DNA of 64,000 nt from Eledone cirrhosa (GCA_964016885.1 OZ024742.1:51894001-51958000), one strand, 5' to 3'; counted from the first letter of the stretch, positions 13,913 to 27,010 are shown. The notes: generated by a model from the letters alone, not told the origin. Numbers and translations: made by a program.

Positions 13913-14204
13913 CAGGATCGTAACGTCCAGTTACTGTAGGTTCACCAGATTGAGGACCAGAGTGAGCACTAGATGCATTGTTTCCAGAGCTATCAATCAC
14001 GAAACGTGCGTCACACCTGAATAAACATAATCAAGATCTAATACTTCGGCCTTTTTATTGTTATCCGTATACATATATATCTGCTAATATGCAGATCTGA
14101 CTGATCAGGCAGTCTGCTAATATGCAAATCAGGCCGATCAATCTGTACATTTTAGAAAATAGCATATATCTTCATTAGCTCTGACATTTGGCAGGTGAAG
14201 AGTG

Positions 14205-14252
14205 AGCTGTACTGATCAAGGGTGATACCTAGAAACATTAGTGTCTGCAGTT
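14205..14252 (+). ncRNA. Type I hammerhead (G8 to C mutant core)
   Basis: AGCTGTA-CTGATCA-A-GGGT.GAT.ACCT-A-GAAACA-TTAG-TGTC-TGCAGTT. 7-bp helix I, 3-bp helix III, GUC site. Confidence 0.65.
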
Positions 14253-14351
14253 CTGTTTACATGCCAACACAAGAGCAAGAATGAAGGGTTCATTCTACTG
14301 ATAAGGCTTTAAAAATGAGGCATGTTTGCATAATTGCAAACGAATCGATTG

Positions 14352-14540
14352 CTGGTGGATTGGCAGTATCGGTAGAGGGTCGGGCGCCACGCTTTGAAGC
14401 ATAGAGTTACCTACGTTTATGATCTGAGTTCGAATCCCGCCGAGGTTAACTTTGACTTTTATCCTGACGGGGTCGATAAAATAAAGTACCAGTAATGCAC
14501 TTGGATAATTGCTGGCCTTCTGCCAAAAGTAGAAACAGTT
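14352..14540 (+). mobile_element. tRNA-derived SINE, full length
   Basis: A-box-like TGGATTGGCAGTATCGG, B-box GAGTTCGAATCCC, family body. Confidence 0.85.
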
Positions 14541-15159
14541 ATTAATATTCGAAAAACTCACATAACATTTATATATATATATATACACACACACATATAT
14601 ATATATGTCGGGGTAGGGGTTGTGTGTGTGTGTACATCGTTTTTGTATTTATTTTGTAAAATTCCTTATCTGAAAACATTTGTTGAAACAGAAATTGTTA
14701 TACTTTGGGAGGCTCATGCTTCCATAAAAACTTACACACCAGTGATTTTCACTTCAATTTATTACAAATTTGCAGTTGATTGTTTTAATAATCGGATGGT
14801 TGTTTATTTGTTTATTATCAAAGGTCTTTCTTCAAATAATATGTAACCACTTCAGGGGCTAATTTTTATTTTGTGTCTCTCCTTTGTTCTGTCCTGCACC
14901 ATTTGCTGTGTGTGCTGTGTGCTGTGTACTTGGATTGCGCATGCGTAATACCCGTGTGTGTACTTTTATTCGTATATGCGTTTATTTACTTGTCACTAGG
15001 CGGTGCCTTGTTCTATCTGTGTATCTGTGTGGTTTGTTTTATTAGTTTGGTTCTTATGTGTCTCTGTATGACTTTATATTGCCCGCAACTACTAATTGTT
15101 ATTTTGTTGCTATTCCACTCATGTTTTCTATTCAATTTTGGTTGAAAGAGATTGTAGAA

Positions 15160-15600
15160 AATGATGTGAATGTGTCTTGACCCATATACAGGAGCACATT
15201 TTGGAATAATATAAAAAGAATTAAGACGAAGAATAATAAAGGCAAATCGTGATATGGCAATAAATACGAGAGTGAAATATTCGTCAATGCAGGCCCCAGA
15301 GGCGAACTAGCTTACAGATTTAGAATGGCTCTCGACAAACTAAAATTAAATATTAAAATAGTCGAAAGAACAGATATTCCCATAAAAGCTCTAATTAGTA
15401 GAACATATTCTTTTCAACAGAATTGCATTGTTTGGAAATGTATAGTTTGTAATTTAAGCCCACAAATTAACTGCAAATCTAGAACTTTGTTTGTAGCATA
15501 AGATGTAAGGAGGGGCACTAGAGAACATAGTAATAAAGATCATACACAGAAATAACGCAATGCTCCGACAGATTGCAGAAATGACAAATAAAAATGAATC
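15160..15600 (+). pseudogene. Possible highly decayed Penelope-like ORF remnant
   Basis: Fragments resembling VERT.IPIKALI and INCKSR from the RT-GIY-YIG linker region. Many stops. Confidence 0.25.
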
Positions 15601-15742
15601 CCAACCAAAGTATACAAATAAAACAATAAACAATAAACAAATAAACAATCAATTTGTAATAAATTGAAGTGAAAACCGACAGGTGCGTGTGTTTTTATTT
15701 GCAGCATGTCCCTCCCAAAGTATAACAGTATATATGTATATA

Positions 15743-15830
<88 letters not shown>

Positions 15831-16147
15831 TAGCTAGATAGCTATATACACACTTAAGTTTTGGGGTTCACCACTAGCCAGAGCTGGTCATTCCGTATAG
15901 TTTATCATGATGTAATATGTAAAGCACTCGACGGTGGTTAATCATGCATCGTAGAAGTTGAATGCTGTTGATGGAGCCGGAACAGAATTAATTACTATTA
16001 GGCAGTGAGCCAAACTGTCAACAACTGACCCACTGTTCGCCTTCGTCAAAAAGTATTTTGTTCTCTGCTTTCTCTCCTTATAGACAACCGTAGATGCTAA
16101 AATTGTCTTTACCATTTCGGTTTTATTATATAACAATTATGCAATAT

Positions 16148-16205
16148 ACATCTGATGATGTCACCAGGATCATACGTAGCCTGCCCACTGAAATGTACAT
16201 AATGT
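16148..16205 (+). ncRNA. Type I hammerhead motif (family of 349-406)
   Basis: ACAT-CTGATGA-TGTCACCAGG...CCTGCCCACT-GAAA-TGTACA-TA-ATGT. Helix I ACAU/AUGU, palindromic AUGUACAU. Confidence 0.7.
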
Positions 16206-16266
16206 TTTTCAGCAATACAACCTTGAAGGAATTTCGCCAGTCCGGCCTTTTGTAATTTTACCCAAT

Positions 16267-16359
<93 letters not shown>

Positions 16360-16361
<2 letters not shown>

Positions 16362-16707
16362 CGAAGAAGGTGTGGTAAAGAACCAGATGGACCATAACGC
16401 ATCAGAGTACTCAATACTTAGGTTAGTAGAGTGGATATTAGGAAAATGTTAGACCCCGACGGCAGAGCTCAAGCCGTTTCGACGGCTATTTCTGGACGAA
16501 ATTAGAATTTTTTCAAGGGGCAATTCCTTATATGGGAAGATTGTAGTTGTCAAGAGGATTGTGAATCCTCTTGACAATAAAATCCTCCCATATAAGGAAT
16601 TACCCCTTGAAAAGTTCGGCTATTTATTTACCATGCTAAAAATTCTAATTTCGTCCAGAAATAGCTGTCGAAACGGCTTGAGCTCTGCCGTCGGGGTCTA
16701 ACATTTT

Positions 16708-16710
<3 letters not shown>
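16360..16710. mobile_element. Fold-back (head-to-head) hammerhead-bearing element in (TA)n
   Basis: 16440-16560 is the inverted repeat of 16564-16710 around a 3-nt GTG centre, with (TA)n on both flanks. Confidence 0.85.
16602..16697 (+). ncRNA. Complete type I hammerhead with U3-A8 core
   Basis: ACCCC-TTGAAAA-GTTCGGCTATTT...AAATAGCTGTC-GAAACGGC-TTGAGCTCT-GCCGTC-GGGGT. Helix I 5 bp, helix II about 10 bp, helix III 5 bp, GUC cleavage triplet. Confidence 0.85.
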
Positions 16711-16750
<40 letters not shown>

Positions 16751-18991
16751 ACACATACATATATATGTATATATATTATTGAGTAAAATGACAGGACGGA
16801 CTGGCGAAATTCCTTCAAGGTTGTATTGCTGCCAATAGTATGTATATATATATATGTATATATAGTCTTTGAAATTAGAACTCATATATATATATATATA
16901 TGGAAGACCAGCAGGTTGGGAAAGGAATGTAATTATTGTAGCAACCTCTTTCACTAATTATAGAGGCGTATATCGATCAGGTATATACTGCTATTGTAAA
17001 TTTTATGTGTGATTATATGTTGAGAGAGCAAATATTTAAAATATACTTAAGGTCAGGTATGTCTTCTGTGTTTGCGCATTTGAAAATTTGTCATTTGGTG
17101 TTCATATTTATAAGATAATTTAGACGTTAATATATGGAATAAATAACTTTTTGATTACTGCTACATGAAAGAATTTAGAATTCTTAAGCTATTCTAATAG
17201 ATATTATGAACAATGATGAATGCATTTTTGAAACGAAATAACGTAACAATCTATCTTATCATGAAACGCCAACACCGTTTTAAATGATACACAAAATTAA
17301 TCGAATTTCGTATATTAGTGAAAAGGAAACAAAAGCAGAATTCCAGAGGGCTTAAACACCGCTTCACATTATTTAGTTACACTGTTTGGAAGAAGGTTTT
17401 GTGTTATTTATTTCAATTCTAATTTTTCCGATTTCAAATAGCCCTGAGGTCACCTTTTGGCTTCATGCTTGCGTGGTATGATAAAACAAACTTCCAATAC
17501 TTTATTTTCTATATTTTCTATAGCTCATTCTTACTTTCTCTCCTTCACCCACTCTCTTTGGCTTGAAGATATCAACTGCGTTCAATCGTTCTTGGAAGGC
17601 AAATGCTAAGACCCAAGGCACGCCATATTTCACTAGATTTACCTCCACGACTCCAACAGAAGATATAGGGCCATATATACATGCAGTCTGCTGACATGTC
17701 AGAAAAAGATTGAAAGAGATAGTGCTTTAAATGTCGAGATAAAAAACGATGAGAGACAAATTTGATCTCGGCGTGATGAAAACTCATTGTATCGAGAGAA
17801 AGTGGTGCAAACATTAGCATTTCATCCAACGCACCATCAAATCCGCCAATGATCATTCTGTATAATTTTAATATGAATTGTTTCACCTCCAGTATAAATG
17901 CTTTCGTGAAGTATTTACTCATGATTTTTTTTTTATTTATCATTACTCATGTGAATACATTTCTTACACAATGTTATCTTTTCACTGCCTCCATTTAAGA
18001 ATGAATGAGAAAAATGAAATATATTTCTTTAGTATTGATTTCTTACATAGAAATACAAAGCCAATTAAAGAAATGTGGAAATGGGATTTGATGACATTCT
18101 ACATTTTAGAAAGGCTATTTATGGCTTAATATTGTTAATCATGTGTATACAGACAGTACGTATAATAGCAATAATTGAACATTTTGGGAAATGATATGGA
18201 GAAAATTTAACGCTTGGCTAAGTGCGCACTTGTATGTACGATATCTTGTTGTATAATTTCAAGAAAATTCTAATTATACGAATAATGAGATAATCATATT
18301 TAGTTAATTACATGTCTAAATTTGTGAAATAAGTTATGATAATAATTGTAAATTTGTTCCAGAATATTAGTCTTGACAATACAGTTCTTCATGTATTAGA
18401 GATTTCACAACAGCCTTGTTATACAATTGGTTTGAGATATTTTACTATTATATATGTTCGCTTCTATATGTGTGTACTCGAATATATATATATATATTAG
18501 AATAGGCGCTCTGAAATAGCTATATATATATGAATGTATATATAGTGTATTTTGCAATACACTGTATGTTTAATTAAAAGCACTTCAAAGACCTTATGCT
18601 ATTGTTTTAGAGTAATGACACTCTCACTTAATTAAAATTTTCAGCAAACAGGGGGGGGGGGGGGGATAAAGCTGGCAGAGCTATGTTTCGTACTGCGTGG
18701 TACTTATCAAAGCCAAGTTCTCCACCTGTTTGCTGAAAATCATGAATGTTTGATTATTATAGAATTTCTAGTAATAATCAGGAACTGATTATACAGACCG
18801 GTTGCCGGTCAAGCATAAATTAAAAATTAGAATTGGCGCTCTGAAATAGCTATATATATATGAATGTATATATTGTGTATTTTGCAATACACTGTATGCT
18901 TAATTAAAAGCATTTCGAAGAACTTATGCTATTGTTTTAGAGTAGTGACAGTCTCACTTACTTTAAATTTTCATCAAACAGGGGAGATAAA

Positions 18992-19034
18992 GCTGACAGA
19001 GCTATGTTTCGTACTGATGGGTACTTATCAAAGC
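18992..19034 (-). ncRNA. Intact type I hammerhead, UUGAUAA (U3-A8) core, array unit 2
   Basis: Minus: GCT-TTGATAA-GTAC-CCATCA-GTAC-GAAACA-TAGCTC-TGTC-AGC. Confidence 0.85.
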
Positions 19035-20281
19035 CAAGTGCTCCACCTGTTTGCTGAAAATCATGAATGTTTGATTATTATAGAATTTCTAGTAATAATC
19101 AGGAACTGATTATACAGAGCGGTTGCCGGTCAAGCAGAAATTGAAAATTTGAATTGGCGCTCTGAAATAGCTATATATATATATGAATGTATATATTGTG
19201 TATTTTGCAATACACTGTATGGTAAATTAAAAGCATTTGGAAGACATTCTGCTATTGTTTTAGAATAATGTCAGTCTCACTTACTTTAAATTTTCAGCAA
19301 ACTGGGGGAGATAAAGCTGACAGAGCTATGTTTCATACTGATTGGTACTTATCAAAGCTAAGTACCCCACCTGTTTACTGAAAATTATGAATGTTTGATT
19401 CTTATAGAATTTCTAGTAATAATCAGGAACTGATTATACAGAGCGGTTGCCGGTCAAGCAGGCATTGAAAATTAGAATTGGCGTCCTGAAATAGCTATAT
19501 ATATATGAATGTATATATAGTGTATTTTGCAATACACTGTATGCTTAAATAAAAGCATTTCGAAGACCTTATGCTATTGATTTAGAGTAGTGACAGTCTC
19601 ACTTACTTTATATATTCAGCAAAATGGGGGAGATAAAGCTGAAAGAGCTATTTTTCACACTGATTCGTACTTATCAAAGACAAGTACCCCATGTGTTTGC
19701 TGAAAATCATGAATTTTTTATTCTTATAGAATTTCTAGTAATAATCAGGAACTGATTATACAGAGCGGTTGCCGGTCAAGCAGAAATTGAAAATTAAAAT
19801 TGGCGCTCTGAAATAGCTATATATATATGAATGTATATATAGTGTATTTTACAATACACTGTATGCTTAATTTAAAGCATTTCGAAGTACTTATGCTATT
19901 GTTCTGGAGTAGTGACAGTCTCACTTACTTTAAATTTTCAGCAAACAGGGAGAGTTAAAGCTGACAGAGCTATGTTTCGTACTGATTGCTACTTATCAAA
20001 GCCAAGTACCCCCACCTGTTTGATTTAAATCACGAATGTTTGAATCTTATAGAATGTCTAGTAATAACCAGGAACTGATTATACAGAGCGGTTGCCGGTC
20101 AAGCAGAATTTGAAAATTAGAATTGGCGCTCTGAAATAGCTATATATATATGAATGTATATATAGTGTATTGTGCAATACACTGTATGCTTAATTAAAAG
20201 CATTTCGAAGACCTTATGCTATTGTTTTAGAGTAGTGACAGTCTCACATATTTTAAATTTTCAGCAAACAGGGGAGATAAA

Positions 20282-20324
20282 GCTGACAGAGCTATGTTTC
20301 GTACTGATTGGTACTTATCAAAGC
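20282..20324 (-). ncRNA. Intact type I hammerhead, UUGAUAA core, array unit 6
   Basis: Minus: GCT-TTGATAA-GTAC-CAATCA-GTAC-GAAACA-TAGCTC-TGTC-AGC. Confidence 0.85.
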
Positions 20325-21124
20325 CATGTAACCAACCTGTTTGCTGAAAATCATGAATGTTTGATTCTTATAGAATTTCTAGGAATAATCAGGAACTGAT
20401 TATTACTAGAACAATAGCATAAGGTCTTCCAAATGCTTTTAATTAAGCATACAGTGTATTGCAAAATACACTATATATACATTCTTATATATATTGCTAT
20501 TTCAGAGCGCCAAATCTAATTTTCAATTTCTGCTTGACCAGCAACCGTTTTGTATAATCAGTTTCTGATTATTACTAGAAATTCTATAAGAATCAAACAT
20601 TCATGATTTTCATCAAACAGGTCTGGTACTTGGCTTTGATAAGTACCAATCAGTACTAAACAGAGCTCTGTCTATTTTATCTCCCCCTGTTTGCTGAAAA
20701 TTTTAAGTAAGTGAGACTGTCACTACTCTAAAACAATAGCATAAGGTCTTTGAAATGCTTTTAATTAAGCATACAGTGTATTGAAAAATACACTATATAT
20801 ACATTCATATATATATAGCTATTTCAGAGCGCCAATTCTAATTTTCAATTTCTTCTTGACCGGCAACCGCTCTGTATAATCAGTTCCTGATTATTACTAG
20901 AAATTCTATAAGAATCAAGCATTCATGAATTACATCAAACAGGTGGAGTACTTGGCTTTGATATGTACCAATCAGTACGAAACATAGCTCTGTCAGCTTT
21001 ATCTCCCTCTATCTGCTGAAAATTTAAAGTAAGTGATACTGTCACTACTCTAAAACAATAGCATAAGGTCTTCGAAATGCTTTTAATTAAGCATACAGTG
21101 TATTGCAAAATACACTATATATAC

Positions 21125-21176
<52 letters not shown>

Positions 21177-21180
<4 letters not shown>

Positions 21181-21345
21181 TTCGACAGCTAGATCCGAAC
21201 GAGCTTCGGATCTAGCTGTGGAAACGGCCGGTGCTCAGCCTTTGGAGTTCTGACTCTTTTCCTATTACTCACTCTACTACCCTACGTATCGAGTACTCTG
21301 GTGCGTTATGGTCCACCTGGTGTGGTTCACACTTTGTTTGTTATA
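21177..21345 (+). mobile_element. 5'-truncated member of the 16360-16710 family, starting with a 23-bp hairpin
   Basis: Arms 21177-21199 and 21205-21227 with one mismatch. The downstream GAGTACTCTG.TGCGTTATGGTCCA.CTGG matches the reverse complement of 16360-16440. Confidence 0.75.
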
Positions 21346-22632
21346 TATATTGTTAAAATTAAATGCCATATCTTTTGGTATTATGAACATACCAAAACAT
21401 ACAATATTTTAAGTTTTGTTGATTCGTACAGATATATATTCAGAAATTCTGGTGAGTATGCGCATACACAAATACTCAGTAATATATATGTAGAGAAATA
21501 TTTATATGCGTACATATAATTCATAGCCAGATTACATATAATATAATACACATATATGCATTCTTTAATGTCTTCATACACATAAAAACACACATAGATG
21601 AATACAAAAAGTATTGCTCTATTTTACATTAGTGTTTGAAAATTGCTTCATCCCAGGTCTTTGAAAATGTTACAAATCTACACTTTAATCATATATAAAT
21701 ATACACAAAACATTGATCTAATTTCAAAGAGGCCGGTATGTAAGATTCTACTGGGCTCCTAATTTCAAGCCATATATGTAAATAAAGTATTGCCGATACT
21801 ATTATTAGAATCAGCACCTCAAATATACCCATAAAATAGGTTTAACATCTTTGGTTCAAAATCTGATATAACTTTTATTGTTATTTTTACGGAGATTATT
21901 GAAAAAGTACATACGAAAACAAAATCATATTTTTATGAAAACAGTCATGCGATTTTGTGATTCAGTGCACCAAAATTATTTGAAAGCGTGGTTGTTTAGA
22001 GTCTGAAAACGTTGTTGTTTAGAGTTACATACATACATTTAGATTTTTAAATAGTTTGTGTATGTAAAGAAGCGTCTATATTTCATACATGGTTTAGCAA
22101 TATTTAAATTTAACATCGTAAAACATGAACTAAAAATATTTTTATAATGAAGGCTAAACAATTTGGTTTCATCAGACTGTCTGAATATAAACAAAGATTG
22201 TAATTTTCTAGAAAATGTAAGAATTATATACAGTTGCATTTTTTCTGGTATGATAGGAAATTAATTAACTTTTATAATTTATCGGCTATAGAAATGATGG
22301 TATTATACAATAATTCAGAGAAATAATTGACTTGTTACTGTCAGTTAAGTTAATAATTTAATTGTTATTATCAGTATGTGACATGAAACAGCTTTCACTT
22401 GCAAACAACTAAATTATGCAAAAGCACTTTCAACTAGAAGTGAGAAATCATGTGTTGTTGTTGTTTTGGGAGTTTTCTTATATTTATTTTTTGTCAATCA
22501 CTCTTATTTTCTTAGAATATTGTTTGGCGGCTCTTAACACTACCGACACACTCATCGTTATATTTAATAGCCTCAACAATCCACATTTTCATTTCTATAG
22601 ACTTCATCATATTCAACATGACCATTATCAAC

Positions 22633-22698
<66 letters not shown>
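22633..22698. repeat. (AAT)n microsatellite, followed by a degenerate (ATC)n low-complexity tract to ~23120
   Basis: Direct reading. Confidence 0.9.
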
Positions 22699-22701
<3 letters not shown>

Positions 22702-23949
22702 CAATACATTTCAACACCGCGACTTCAGTATCTTCGTCAGTATTGTCAAATTCATTATCATCATAATAATAATAATCACCACCATCATCATCATCGTTGC
22801 ATTGTTATTATTCACAAATTCGTATTAACACTAATTAAATAAATCTCAATCAATTATGCTTTGTTTGACTGTGTATTATCTGACTAAATTAACATCATAA
22901 CCACCATCACTATTATCATAATCATCACCATCATCACGCCAATCATCATGAAAACCATCAATATCATCATCATTATTAATGGTATCATCCGTACCATCAT
23001 CATCGACATCATAACACTCCTCACTATCTCTACCACTATAGCTACCATTATCTCTATTTTCTTCATCTTCACCAACAATTTTCTGACAATGACAACCAGC
23101 AATATTATCATTACTATTAACGTACACCATTTCTTTAATATAACCATGGCAAATTGGTATAATTAGCGTTATCACGCACGCTATTTCTAATTCTCTCCCA
23201 TCTGTCGGTCAGCAATACTAACAAATCTGGAGCGATACAGCTGTTTTGCATGAGATGCAGTTCAAAACCGAGCCAGAACAATTGCTTAACATGCCTGTGA
23301 AAGCAATCAATCCTTCTTACATTCAAAACATATTTCATCTTTTTGTCGGTTTTTTTAATTTTTTATTCTTTTTATTTACTCACCCCAAACAAGGTAAAAA
23401 TGCAGCTAAAGTGCAACAGGCTACTTAAAATGTGAAACCACAGAGAGAACATCCTTCAAGGAGAGTGAAGAAGATTGCTGTTGCTTACAAATGTTTACAA
23501 AAGCTAGTTTACATTGCATAGTCAGCCCTAGATATACTTAATATGAATAAAGGACAACGGCATTCACTGCTGGACCGCATACAATAAGTTTTCCTCGATG
23601 ATAGTTGACTTCGTTTTAAATAGCGTTTACTTCAACGATAAATCGGCGAATAGTCAGATTTGTTAGTGTGTCGGATAGAACGTTTTTTGGTACTTGTTTC
23701 GTTGACTCGAAGGAAACTGGCCCAACGCATGTTTTGGTTAATGTATATTTATGTTTTAAGCGATCAACCTTAAATTTTACGACATGGCAGATACAGCGTC
23801 TGAAACGGAAATCAAGACACCAATGGTAACACAAGCAGTGGTGTTTCTTTGATAAAATACTACTATAAGTGTGACTCATACAAAGATAGCCCGAATTAAT
23901 TTCATGCATTATTTCGAACGGAAACATGCCCTTCAAAGCCAGCATAAAC

Positions 23950-24810
23950 GTGAGACACAGGGGATGGTAACAAATCTCAATACCCTGCCTGAGGACCCTC
24001 CTACTAACTCTGGACGATCAAAGAAGAGCATATAGGACGTTATTGGCATGATCTGAGACTCAGTTGAACAAAACAAAATGATTTCTGTGGAGAAGAAGCC
24101 AATACTTAGGTTACTCCGCGAAAACTTGCAGAAGGGTTTGAAAGATGATCTTAATAAATAAACATACAGAATGCAGGCTAAACAAAGGTTTACTGCAGCT
24201 GGTAAAACCAAGACGGAAACAACCCAAATTTTCTGAGTCTTCTTTGGACCAGTGTTAAAGCCCACCTTCACTTAGAAGGAAAGATCAAATCTAAGGACAA
24301 TGGTCTGGGGAGTTATATATACCCACTGAATAGGCTGTGAAACCTCTCCATTTTGGCTGAATATACCGTGTGGGCTACCATATGTGGAAGAGGATATATA
24401 GGACTGTTCGTTTTCAAGTCTATAGAACTGTAGTTTTCGTTCCTACAATCACAGAAGAACGTTATGTGGAGGTCCTGGAAGATTTTAAATGAAGCTGCAG
24501 TCCTTGTAACCATCTCTAATGAATATATTCATGTTACAGCAAGGCACAACAAGCCATCACACATCCAATAAGTCGCCAGAATGACTAAAAAATAATTTTA
24601 GACATTGTGTTATCTGTTTGAAGACTGGTTTTTAGTGGGCGCTTATTTAAGCCACCATATTTCTTTCTTTAGGGCTATCTAAAAGGTAGGGTATATCTCA
24701 ACAAACTCAGGACCACAACTGAACTAAATGAAAATATCAGAGAAATCAGAGCCAACCTTAGCTCTCTGCTAAAATCCATGATGCACCTAAAAATGGGATC
24801 ACTTGAAATA
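23950..24810 (+). pseudogene. Decayed Tc1/mariner-type transposase remnant
   Basis: Fragments resembling QQ.GT..H (~24540) and FFL*GYLKGRVYLNKLRTTTELNENIR (~24660-24745). Confidence 0.45.
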
Positions 24811-25806
24811 TGTGCCATAATTCTGAACAGAAACATCAGAAGTTAGTGATGTTTTGATATGTTGAGTTTAATTGTTTATAAAAATACATTCGGAAAACAA
24901 TCAAATTTTTATGAGAAATGAATAATGCAGACAAAAATAATATGGGCCAGGGTTTTTTTAGTAACCCATATCTCACAATCAGACGGAGATTATTAAACAT
25001 GTACAAACCACGCCGTATATCATTACGGAGCCCTAATACCTGGTGTTTTAGTGTCTCTCAATTTTAATGACTTTAAAAATATGATAATCTTATACAAAAC
25101 ATGATCGATGATCGTGATATTTGGACATTATTCTCAAGCAGATTTCTTTCTCCTACAATTCATTTGTGTTTAATGTCTCTGAGGCTACAAATGAGATGGA
25201 TAATTGTAGGTTAAACTGAATTATTCAGTTTTATGCTCGTATTTTGCTATATGAATTTACTCCTATACTGCAGCTTAATCAAACTTGCATTTACCATATT
25301 TCTGCACATTTCATTTGTTGAAACACTTGCTCTCTGTTGGAACTTGAGACAGGCTAAAATATAAAGGTTTTTGGCTTGTGTGTGTAGGCTGTTTAGTCTC
25401 ATTTGCATGTGGAGCTGTGTAAGTTGGCTCAACTTAAAAAAAGTAGAATTAAGATTTAGCTACGACATAGCTGCATACATACAAGCATAGCTATGAATAT
25501 TGAAATGTTGATGGGTAGCACCGTATAGAAAACGGGAAGCACTGTCCTCGTGGTATCCAGTTGTCCCCCACTTCTTCGTATGTGACCCGCTAGATGGGGC
25601 TAGCCGTCAGACTTTCCATATGCATAGCTAGATTTCAAAATGTTTTTTAATTAAACATATCGTAGATATTTTAGATATACGACGTTCACATAGTTGTATA
25701 GTTGTATGTATAAAGCTCTGTCGGAGCCAAATTTTATTTCTTCTTAATGTATGAATATTTTAAATACTACTATATTGTAAACGCATATTATATATATATG
25801 TATATG

Positions 25807-25891
<85 letters not shown>

Positions 25892-25910
25892 ATTAAACTA
25901 TTTTTTTTTT

Positions 25911-27010
25911 CTAGGGCGGGTAAAATTCCCGATATCCATGGACGAGTTCTCTCCACCGGTCTCTGTCCCTCATTATCGCTGCCATGTCCTGAGTCTCCAA
26001 CAGACCAGTGTCTGTCCTTAGAGCATCAACATACGTTAACCTTAGTCTTCCTCTTCCAGTGTGTCCATGTAGGGGCTCCCACAGGAGCACTGAGTGCAAT
26101 GTCAACTCTGGATGTCTGTGAGCATGTCCAGCTAACCTCAGTCACCTCTGTGTCACATTTGAGCTGACTTTTGGGAGGCTCCCATGCAGCTCTGAGTTTC
26201 ATCCTCAGTGTATACTGATTAATGTTCAGAGCCATCCTCAGCATTCTCGTGTAGCACCCATCCACCATCTGAGTGAGTTTCTTGGTTAGTGTCCAAATCT
26301 CAGATCCGTACAGCAGCACATACTCCACTACAGCAATGAAGAGGCGGATTTTCAGGTCTTTACGACGGTCTGACTTCCACACCGATCTCAAGCTGTGGCA
26401 CGCCGCCCAGGCTTTGCTCTTCCTCTCAACCACATCATCTTCCGTATTCCCAATCTTTGCTCCCAAATACAGGAAGTCCTCAAACAATTCTAGCGGCTTC
26501 CCGCATTCATTAGTGATCCCCTCTGGTTTCTCAACATTCTCTACCAGATATTTTGTTTTAATCTCATTCATTCCCAGCCCCACACTCATCGACACAGTCT
26601 CAATCTCCTGCATCAAATCATCTGCCTCCTTTACTGTATTTGTCACCAAAACTATGTCGTCGGCAAATTCAGCATCTGATATCTTTTTCGCCTTAACTCT
26701 CCTGCTCTCAGCCGGTGCTACAGTAAAGCCAGAGTCCTGGTGTTTCTCCAGTGCAAGGCGCATACAATAGTCTACTACGATGATAAAAAGGTAGGGAGCC
26801 AATGTATCTCCCTGAAGCACTCCAGCCAATATCTCAAGGAACTCTGTCATCCCATCAGGTGTAATGACCTGGGCTTTTGTGTTGGTGTAGAGCAGTGATA
26901 TCAGGTCCACTATCTTCTTGGGGATTCCATAAGCCTGTAAGGTCTTCATCAGGCAGTGACGGTCCACAGAATCAAAGGCTTTCCTAAAGTCAATGAAAAC
27001 CATGACCGCA
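25911..27010 (-). mobile_element. 5'-truncated RTE-clade LINE (RT C-terminal half to 3' end)
   Basis: ORF 26026-27003 has FIDFRKAFDSV, GVLQGDTLAPYLF, FADD, FLYLG and LLYGSEIW. Frameshifted C-terminus GRLRLTY...DRDRWR. Confidence 0.9.

Larger units (their letters stand above)
14070..14570 (+). mobile_element. Hammerhead-bearing non-coding element (family of 62230-62833) interrupted by a SINE
   Basis: Shares CTGCTAATATGCAGATCTGAC subrepeats and the CATTCTACTGA...TTTGCATAATTGCAAACGAATCGA...ATTAATATTCGAAAAACTCA blocks with the 62.2-62.8 kb copy. Confidence 0.7.
18496..21125. mobile_element. ~322-bp tandem array with one hammerhead per unit (non-LTR retrozyme-like), 6 units plus ~2.3 inverted units
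   Basis: Hammerhead motifs start at 18671, 18992, 19316, 19638, 19960 and 20282 (minus) and at 20633 and 20955 (plus). Inversion point near 20394. Flanked by (TA)n. Confidence 0.9.

Noticed and set aside
18496-21125. CRISPR array or Foldback DNA transposon interpretation
   Set aside because: Eukaryotic context, no unique spacers and no defined TIR/TSD ends. Whole units repeat and carry hammerhead motifs.
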